Of a stretch of 19,614 nucleotides of DNA, positions 1-6,483 are shown one piece after another (positions within the stretch are counted from its first letter, which is position 1; every line of letters begins with the position of its first letter). Location: NCBI GenBank assembly GCA_037442825.1, contig JBBIPN010000019.1, positions 1 through 19,614 on the forward strand, written 5' to 3'. A program made the translations under genes and the position numbers. The notes below the pieces were generated by a model. The model was given only the letters and a program-made list of their open reading frames with translations, was not told the origin of the DNA and did not search any database. The stretch comes from Sulfurihydrogenibium sp. (GTDB lineage Bacteria > Aquificota > Aquificia > Aquificales > Hydrogenothermaceae).

Positions 1-1481
1 CCATTTTTTATATCCTCTTCTGTAAATCCAAATGATACTAAAACTTCTGGTAGATAGTTTAAAGGTTGTTTACAATTATTACATAGTTTTCTTATTAATC
101 TCTGAGCTATAATTGTATGAACAGCTGTTGAAACTAAAAATCTGTCTACTCCAATATCTACTAACCTTGTAATTGTAGAAGGTGCATCGTTAGTATGCAG
201 TGTAGAAAATACTAAATGTCCTGTTAACGCTGATTTTACACCTATCTCTGCAGTTTCTCTATCTCTTATCTCACCTATAAGTATAATATCTGGGTCTTGT
301 CTTAAAAACGCTCTTAAAGCAGCTGCAAATGTTAATCCTATTTCTTCTTTTACATGAACCTGGTTGATACCTGCTATTGAAACTTCAACAGGATCTTCTG
401 CTGTCATAATATTAACATCGTCAGTATTTCTTTCCATTAAAGCAGAATATAATGTTGTAGTTTTACCGGAACCAGTAGGTCCTGTTACTAACACCATACC
501 CCAAGGTGAGTATATAGCTTCTCTAACTATTTTTAAATCATCTTCTTCAAAGCCAAGGTCTTCTAACTTAACATTTAGATAACTTTCTGCATCTTGAATA
601 CGCATAACAATTTTTTCACCATATACAGTAGGAAGAGTGGAAATCCTTAAATCGTATCTTTTTCCATTGATGTTTATCCTAATCCTTCCATCTTGAGGTA
701 ATCTCTTTTCTGATATATCTAAATTTGACATTATTTTAAATCTTGCAGATAAAGCATCCTTTATTGTATTTGGAAATTCTTTATATGTTCTAAGGATACC
801 ATCTACTCTGTATCTTATTTTAAGTAATTTCTCCATAGGTTCTATATGGATATCAGATGCACCAAGATTTACAGCTTCTAAAATAATAGCTCTTGATAGT
901 TTAATTATTGGACTTTCTTCTGCTTCTTTAGATAAAAACTCTATAGATGTATCTTTTTCTTCTTCTTTTATCTCTTCGACTTCTGAATCTAATTTTATAT
1001 CTTCTAAAAATTTTTTTGCAGGTAGTAAAGGTATAATTTCTTTTTGAAGTTTTTCTATTTCACTTAAGGAAACTACATATATATCTATTAACTTTGCCTC
1101 TGTTGAAAACTTTAGTTGAGATATTGATTCTTTATCAGTAGGATTCAAAGCAGCTACTTTTAATATACCATTTGAAAACTCAAAAGGTGCTATATATTTC
1201 TTCTGAATAACATTTGCTGGTATTTTTTCGGCTATCTCTTTCATCAAGTTTATTTTATAAATACTTGGATCAAATGGTTTGTAAGATAAATTTCTAATAA
1301 AAAACTCTTTTACCTTATTCTCATCAGCTTTTCCTTTTTTTATAAGGGATGTTAAAACTTCTGTAAAAGATTTATCTGGAGTAATATCAGGATTATCTCT
1401 TACGTTTTCAAGAGGAATTATTCCTAATTCAACCATCTTTCTAAGTAGTAAGAAGACTCTTTTATTTTTTGAATCTTCCAT
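1..1481 (-). CDS. pilB: Type IV pilus assembly / T2SS GspE-PilB family ATPase (3'-truncated by window edge)
   Basis: Manual minus-strand translation from ATG 1481 (GGAG SD at 1491-1494): MEDSKNKRVFLLRK..., ASDIHIEP, RYRVDG, LDISEKRLPQDGR, Walker A GPTGSGKTTT, TAEDPVE, LRQDPDIILIGEIRD, TGHLVFSTLHTND, start of Zn motif RKLCNNC. Frame is open to base 1. Confidence 0.93.
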   Translation of the reverse strand, partial: MEDSKNKRVFLLLRKMVELGIIPLENVRDNPDITPDKSFTEVLTSLIKKGKADENKVKEFFIRNLSYKPFDPSIYKINLMKEIAEKIPANVIQKKYIAPFEFSNGILKVAALNPTDKESISQLKFSTEAKLIDIYVVSLSEIEKLQKEIIPLLPAKKFLEDIKLDSEVEEIKEEEKDTSIEFLSKEAEESPIIKLSRAIILEAVNLGASDIHIEPMEKLLKIRYRVDGILRTYKEFPNTIKDALSARFKIMSNLDISEKRLPQDGRIRININGKRYDLRISTLPTVYGEKIVMRIQDAESYLNVKLEDLGFEEDDLKIVREAIYSPWGMVLVTGPTGSGKTTTLYSALMERNTDDVNIMTAEDPVEVSIAGINQVHVKEEIGLTFAAALRAFLRQDPDIILIGEIRDRETAEIGVKSALTGHLVFSTLHTNDAPSTITRLVDIGVDRFLVSTAVHTIIAQRLIRKLCNNCKQPLNYLPEVLVSFGFTEEDIKN

Positions 1482-1500
1482 TTATTTATTCTCCATAATC

Positions 1501-1526
1501 TTTTGTAATATAATTTTATAACAAAA
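1501..1526. promoter_or_regulatory. Divergent pilB/accC promoter region with abutting -10 elements
   Basis: TATAAT on + at 1509-1514; TGTTATAAA on - at 1515-1523. The segment 1501-1526 is an imperfect palindrome (22/26). Confidence 0.5.
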
Positions 1527-1546
1527 TTTAAAAAGGAGATGAGGTT

Positions 1547-2893
1547 TTGTTAAAGAACATAAAAAGGATACTGATTGCAAACAGAGGAGAGATTGCTGTC
1601 AGAGCAATTAGATCTATAAGGGAGTTGGGAGGAGAGAGTGTAGCTGTTTATTCTGAAGGTGACAGAAATTCAATACATAAAGATTTAGCAGATATATCAA
1701 TTTGTATTGGGCCTGCTAATGCTTCAAAAAGTTATCTAAATATACCAGTGTTACTTTCTGCTATTGATTTAACGCGGGCTTATGCAGTTTATCCTGGTTA
1801 CGGTTTTTTAGCTGAAAATCCTACATTTGCATCAATATGTGAGAAAAGTAATATAAAGTTTATAGGTCCTTCCTCTCATACGTTACAATTAACTGGAGAT
1901 AAAGCAGCTGCAAGAGAAGCAGCAAAGAAAGCAGGTGTTCCTATTATACCTGGTAGTCCACCAGTTGATGACCTAAAAGAAGCTTTAGAAATTGCAGCAG
2001 AAATAGGATATCCAGTTCTTATAAAAGCAGCTGCTGGTGGTGGAGGAAGAGGTATGAGGGTTGCTCATAATGAGCAAGAGTTAACAAGACTATTGCCAGT
2101 AGCACAAAGAGAGGCAGAAAGTTCATTTGGAGATAGTAGAGTTTACATAGAAAAGTTTATCGAAAATCCAAAACATATAGAAGTTCAAATACTTGCAGAT
2201 AATTTTGGTAATGTGATACATTTAGGTGAAAGAGAGTGTTCTATTCAAAGAAGACATCAAAAATTGATAGAAGAGTCTCCTTCTCCGTTTATTGATGATG
2301 ATATTAGAAAGAAAATGGGAGAGGCTGCTGTTGAATTTGCTAAAGCTGTTGAGTTTGTTGGAGCTGGAACAGTTGAGTTTATAGTAGATAAAAATAAAAA
2401 CTTTTATTTTATTGAGATGAATGGAAGAATCCAAGTTGAACATCCAGTTACTGAAATGGTTTCAGGTATTGATATAGTATCTTGGCAATTAAAAATAGCG
2501 GATGGACAGAAATTAACGATTAAGCAAGATGATGTAAAACTAAAAGGGCATTCTATAGAGTTTAGAATAAATGCAGAAGATCCGGCAAACTTTACTCCTT
2601 CCCCAGGAACAATTAAGAAATTGTATATTCCTGGTGGTTATGGTGTTAGGATAGATACACATATTTATCAAGGTTATACAATTCCTCCTTACTATGATTC
2701 ATTAGTTGCAAAACTTATTGTTTGGGGAAATACAAGGGAAGAAGCTATAAAAAGAGGAAAAAGAGCCCTTAAAGAGTTTATTATTGAAGGTTTAAAAACT
2801 ACTATACCTTTCCATTTAAAAATGCTTAAACACCCAGAGTTTATAAAGGGAACATATACAACATCTTTGGTAGATAGAGAATTTTTAAAATGA
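1547..2893 (+). CDS. accC: Biotin carboxylase subunit of acetyl-CoA carboxylase
   Basis: ILIANRGEIA, PGYGFLAEN, KAAAGGGGRGMR, ERECSIQRRHQK, EMNGRIQVEHPVTE, PPYYDS. 448 aa; TTG start with AGGAG at 1534-1538. Could be the BC subunit of another biotin-dependent carboxylase. Confidence 0.88.
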   Translation: MLKNIKRILIANRGEIAVRAIRSIRELGGESVAVYSEGDRNSIHKDLADISICIGPANASKSYLNIPVLLSAIDLTRAYAVYPGYGFLAENPTFASICEKSNIKFIGPSSHTLQLTGDKAAAREAAKKAGVPIIPGSPPVDDLKEALEIAAEIGYPVLIKAAAGGGGRGMRVAHNEQELTRLLPVAQREAESSFGDSRVYIEKFIENPKHIEVQILADNFGNVIHLGERECSIQRRHQKLIEESPSPFIDDDIRKKMGEAAVEFAKAVEFVGAGTVEFIVDKNKNFYFIEMNGRIQVEHPVTEMVSGIDIVSWQLKIADGQKLTIKQDDVKLKGHSIEFRINAEDPANFTPSPGTIKKLYIPGGYGVRIDTHIYQGYTIPPYYDSLVAKLIVWGNTREEAIKRGKRALKEFIIEGLKTTIPFHLKMLKHPEFIKGTYTTSLVDREFLK

Positions 2894-3528
2894 AAATAGA
2901 AATTATTACAGGAGGTTCTCTACAAGAAAACTGTATAGTTGTTTATGATGAGTTTAGTAAAGATTGTGTAATAGTAGATCCTGGTGCAGATGGAGATGAG
3001 ATATATCAATTTGTAAAAAATTTAAATGTAAAAGCTATATTAGCAACTCATGGACATTTGGATCATGTTGGGCAAGTTGGATATTTAAAAGGAATATTAA
3101 ACATTCCATTTTATCTACATAAAGAAGATGAGTTCTTAATCAACGATGAAATATTTCCCAACTTTTCATTTATTATAAAAGCTACACCTTGTCCAAATCC
3201 AGATCTTTATTTAAAAGATGGAGATGTTTTAGATTTTGGTAGTTTTTTCTTAAAAGTGATACATACACCAGGACATACACCAGGTAGTGTCTGTTTTTAT
3301 AATGAGAAAGAAAAAGTTTTAATTAGTGGTGATACACTTTTTCATGGAAGTATAGGTAGAGTAGATTTACCTGGTGGTGATGGTGGAAAAATGTGTGAAT
3401 CTTTAAAAAAGTTAATTCAGCTTCCAGATGATACTGCTGTTTATCCTGGACATGGTCCTGATACTACTATAGGAAAAGAGAGAAAGATAAACCCATACTT
3501 AACTGGAGTATTTAAAGTTAAATGGTAA
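2890..3528 (+). CDS. MBL-fold metallo-hydrolase (glyoxalase II-like, YcbL/GloC type)
   Basis: THGHLDH, HTPGH, SGDTLF and PGHG motifs; ATGA overlap with accC. Confidence 0.92.
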   Translation: MKIEIITGGSLQENCIVVYDEFSKDCVIVDPGADGDEIYQFVKNLNVKAILATHGHLDHVGQVGYLKGILNIPFYLHKEDEFLINDEIFPNFSFIIKATPCPNPDLYLKDGDVLDFGSFFLKVIHTPGHTPGSVCFYNEKEKVLISGDTLFHGSIGRVDLPGGDGGKMCESLKKLIQLPDDTAVYPGHGPDTTIGKERKINPYLTGVFKVKW

Positions 3529-4364
3529 ACATTGGAACACATGTTTCTTCATCAAAATCCTTAGATTTAGTATTTGATAGAGCTTTAGAAGTTGGTGCAA
3601 ATTCTATTCAATTTTTTTTAAGATCTCCTCGTAGTTGGGCTTGGATAAAGAGGAGTGAAAAAGAGAAGTTAGATTTTATATATAAAAGATCTAAATATAA
3701 CGTTAGTCCTTTAATTGTTCATGGATCTTATCTTTTTAATCTTGCATCCTTTGATGAAAATTTAAGAAAAAAATCTATAGAAGGGGTAATTCAAGAACTT
3801 AGTTTATGTGAAGAACTAGGAATAGATTACTATGTTATACATTCAGGAAAGACAAAAGAAAAACCTATAGAAGAAGGTATAAAAAATATAGTAGAAGCTT
3901 TAGAAGATATATTTAGTAAAGTTAAATTAGATAAAACAAATTTTTTAGTTGAAACATTAGCAGGACAAAGTGGTGAAGTAGGTTCAACAGTAGAAGATAT
4001 CTATAAAATAGTAAAAAATTTTAAAAATGAAAATATTGGTGTATGTGTAGATACATGTCACATATTTGCTGCTGGATACAATATATCTGATGAAGAAGGA
4101 TTTAAGGATTTTAAAAATCAGTTAAATAGTTTGTTAGGATTAGAAATTGTAAAAGTTGTTCACTGTAATGATTCTAAAGCACCTTTTAACTCTAAAAAAG
4201 ATAGACATGAACATATTGGAAAGGGTTTTATAGGATTAAAAGGTTTTAGACTTTTTTTAAATGATGAATATTTTTCAAAATTACCTTTTATACTTGAGAC
4301 ACCAAAGGAAGGAGATATGGATAGAGTGAATATAGATATGTTAAAATCTCTTGTGCGCCTGTAG
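3522..4364 (+). CDS. nfo: Endonuclease IV (AP endonuclease family 2)
   Basis: Metal-ligand motifs HGSYLFNLAS, HSG, ETLAG, DTCH, HCNDS, DRHEHIG, ILETP. The stop codon TAG lies inside the tRNA gene. Confidence 0.95.
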   Translation: MVNIGTHVSSSKSLDLVFDRALEVGANSIQFFLRSPRSWAWIKRSEKEKLDFIYKRSKYNVSPLIVHGSYLFNLASFDENLRKKSIEGVIQELSLCEELGIDYYVIHSGKTKEKPIEEGIKNIVEALEDIFSKVKLDKTNFLVETLAGQSGEVGSTVEDIYKIVKNFKNENIGVCVDTCHIFAAGYNISDEEGFKDFKNQLNSLLGLEIVKVVHCNDSKAPFNSKKDRHEHIGKGFIGLKGFRLFLNDEYFSKLPFILETPKEGDMDRVNIDMLKSLVRL

Positions 4365-4429
4365 CTCAGCTTGGATAGAGCATTGACTTCCGATGTCAAA
4401 GGTCGCAGGTTCAAGTCCTGCCAGGCGCA
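4355..4429 (+). tRNA. tRNA-Arg(CCG), CCA not encoded
   Basis: Acceptor GCGCCTG/CAGGCGC; D arm GCTC..GAGC with GG-A20 (Arg identity); anticodon stem TTGAC/GTCAA with loop TTCCGAT (CCG at 4390-4392); T arm GCAGG-TTCAAGT-CCTGC; discriminator A4429. Confidence 0.95.
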
Positions 4430-4872
4430 TTAATAAACTTTCTTAAAGCTCCCTTTAAATATTCTCTTAAATTTTTTTCTGTTAAACTTCCATAAATAAC
4501 AACTAACTTTTTACCTTCAGAGGTTATTATATAACTTGTAGGTGTACCAAAAATAGGGAATCTGACTTGATTTTCTGGATGATTTGCATATATAGGATAT
4601 TCTTTATCCTTAAAGTTATTTTCTTTACCATCTATTGCAAAAGCTATAACAACAACTTTATTTTTAAACTCATCTTCTTTTAACACTTTTTTTATGATTG
4701 GTATTTCAGCCATACAATGACCACAGGAGTAAGCAATAAAGTTAATAAGTATTATTTTTTCTTTTGGAAGATTTACAGGATGACCAAATTTATCTTTAAG
4801 TATTTCTTTAGCTTGTGATAAATTTGCTATTAAAATAAGTATAAATAGGATCTTTCTCAATTTTATCCTCAA
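4411..4872 (-). CDS. Exported thioredoxin-fold (TlpA/ResA-like) thiol-disulfide oxidoreductase
   Basis: Signal peptide (MRIKLRKILFILILIANLSQA), LINFIAYSCGHC..EIP, cis-Pro loop FGTPT; TTGA overlap with the upstream ORF. Confidence 0.8.
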   Translation of the reverse strand: MRIKLRKILFILILIANLSQAKEILKDKFGHPVNLPKEKIILINFIAYSCGHCMAEIPIIKKVLKEDEFKNKVVVIAFAIDGKENNFKDKEYPIYANHPENQVRFPIFGTPTSYIITSEGKKLVVIYGSLTEKNLREYLKGALRKFINAPGRT

Positions 4873-5270
4873 AGTTTATTTTGAACTTTCAATACTTTAC
4901 CTAAGAGATTCAGCTGAGATAAATTTTCTTCTTTAACTCTTGTCTTTCTTAAACCTTTTCCATCTGAAAGTATAATAACACCATCTTTTTTTTCAACAGT
5001 TTTAAAGAGTCCCCATTTACCCTTCTCTTTAAATAATATAATATCTTTAGAGTCTATCTTTAATGGTGGTATTTTACCGACTAAAACCCAAAGATTTCTT
5101 ATTTTATACCAAACAGTATTCTCTTTAAAATTTTCTATATTTTCTACTAATATCAAAGGTGTTAAAACTTCCTCTAAAAATTTTATATTTCCATCTTCCA
5201 ATACTTCAAAAGATTTTATAGCAACCTTTAGTTGAATGTTATGCACGTTTTTTTGTTGGGATTGTTGCAT
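4869..5270 (-). CDS. Hypothetical protein, resembles a degenerate S24/LexA C-terminal domain
   Basis: Fits the operon with TTGA coupling to the next gene. Beta-rich sequence with PLILVENIENF, DIILF, LFKT and terminal LLGKVLKV. Start uncertain (ATG 5270 or GTG 5246). Confidence 0.6.
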   Translation of the reverse strand: MQQSQQKNVHNIQLKVAIKSFEVLEDGNIKFLEEVLTPLILVENIENFKENTVWYKIRNLWVLVGKIPPLKIDSKDIILFKEKGKWGLFKTVEKKDGVIILSDGKGLRKTRVKEENLSQLNLLGKVLKVQNKL

Positions 5271-5487
5271 TTCTTGTTTGTTCTTTCAAAATATTAATAG
5301 ATTGAGCTACCATAAAAAATGCATGCTCTAGATTTATTAAAGCAGCTTCAAAATCTTTATCTTCTGTGTTAAATCTCAACTTTCTAACTTCTTTGAAAAG
5401 TTCGTCTACATTTGTTCCAAGTTCATAAGCAAGTGTAAAAATTTTTGCTATTATATCTTCAAGTTGTTTTTTTTCTATATCATTCAT
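5239..5487 (-). CDS. Small helical hypothetical protein (82 aa)
   Basis: ATG 7 nt after the purQ stop with an AGGGA SD-like sequence; amphipathic helical pattern; codon usage like its neighbours. Confidence 0.75.
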   Translation of the reverse strand: MNDIEKKQLEDIIAKIFTLAYELGTNVDELFKEVRKLRFNTEDKDFEAALINLEHAFFMVAQSINILKEQTRNATIPTKKRA

Positions 5488-5494
5488 ATTTTCC

Positions 5495-6178
5495 CTAACT
5501 TTCTATAATTGAAGTAAGTAAAAGTAAACCATCTGTAGATCCTAATAAATTTTCACAAGCTCTTTCTGGATGTGGCATGAGCCCAAAAACATTTTTATTT
5601 TTATTACAAACACCAGCTATATTTTCTAAAGAACCATTAGGATTACTTTTTTCATCTACATTTCCATTTTTATCACAGTATCTAAAAAGTATTTGACCAT
5701 TTTTTTTCATCTCTTTTAATGTTTCTTCATCTACAAAATAATTTCCATCATGATGTGCTATTGGAAGTTTTATTACTTGTCCTTTGCTAATCTTACTTGT
5801 AAATGTTGTTTCGTTATTTTCTACTTTAATATACTGATGTTTACATACAAAATTTCCATGATTGTTTGATAAAAGTGCACCTGGAAGTAAATGAGCTTCT
5901 GTTAATATTTGGAAACCATTACATATACCTATAACGTACCTACCTTTTTCTGCAAAATCTTTTAAAGCTTGTGTTAAAGGTGTATGGGATGCTATAACAC
6001 CTGGTCTAAGGTAGTCACCAAAAGAAAAACCACCAGGCAATACTATACAGTCGTACTTATATAAATCAGTTTCCCTATAATCAACAAAATCAACTTTTTT
6101 CTTTAAAATATCTCTTATAACGTAATATGTATCATAATCGCAGTTTGAGCCTGGATAAACAGCTACACCAAATCTCAT
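5495..6178 (-). CDS. purQ: FGAM synthase glutaminase subunit PurQ
   Basis: PGSNCD, LPGGFSFGDYLR, GICNGFQIL (catalytic Cys), NPNGS, GLMPHPER; adjacent to purS. Confidence 0.97.
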   Translation of the reverse strand: MRFGVAVYPGSNCDYDTYYVIRDILKKKVDFVDYRETDLYKYDCIVLPGGFSFGDYLRPGVIASHTPLTQALKDFAEKGRYVIGICNGFQILTEAHLLPGALLSNNHGNFVCKHQYIKVENNETTFTSKISKGQVIKLPIAHHDGNYFVDEETLKEMKKNGQILFRYCDKNGNVDEKSNPNGSLENIAGVCNKNKNVFGLMPHPERACENLLGSTDGLLLLTSIIES

Positions 6179-6182
6179 TTAT

Positions 6183-6425
6183 CTACTCCACTATATCTAT
6201 TTCATAATCTTCAATTAAATCGTTTACAAGAGCTTTTTTTGCCATTTCTTTAGCTTGCAATACAGCTTTTTCTTTATCCTGTTCTTCAATATAAACTTCA
6301 ATATACTTTCCTACTTTAACATCTTTAACATTACTAAATCCAAGTGAATTTAAACTTTCTCTTACAGCTCTACCTTGCGGGTCTAAAACACCTTTTCTTG
6401 GCTTTATAAAGAATTTTATAACCAT
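6183..6425 (-). CDS. purS: FGAM synthase subunit PurS
   Basis: GVLDPQG, VKVGKYIE, LVNDLIEDY; 80 aa, directly upstream of purQ. Confidence 0.96.
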   Translation of the reverse strand: MVIKFFIKPRKGVLDPQGRAVRESLNSLGFSNVKDVKVGKYIEVYIEEQDKEKAVLQAKEMAKKALVNDLIEDYEIDIVE

Positions 6426-6452
6426 TCTCTTTCCTCTTACAAAATTTTATTA

Positions 6453-6476
6453 ATTATATCACATTTGTGTTATAAT
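6453..6476. promoter_or_regulatory. Back-to-back extended -10 promoters for purS (-) and the GGDEF-EAL gene (+)
   Basis: TG-A-TATAAT on - (6453-6461) and TG-T-TATAAT on + (6468-6476); 20/24 palindromic. Confidence 0.65.
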
Positions 6477-6483
6477 AAGCATT

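Noticed and set aside
364..582. 72-aa + strand ORF
   Set aside because: Antisense shadow of the pilB Walker A region.
1539..1553. Mini-ORF ATG AGG TTT TGT TAA overlapping the accC start
   Set aside because: The ATG directly abuts the AGGAG (zero spacing), and that SD is correctly spaced for the accC TTG.
4160..4414. 84-aa - strand ORF
   Set aside because: Antisense to nfo and the tRNA, with no recognisable motif.
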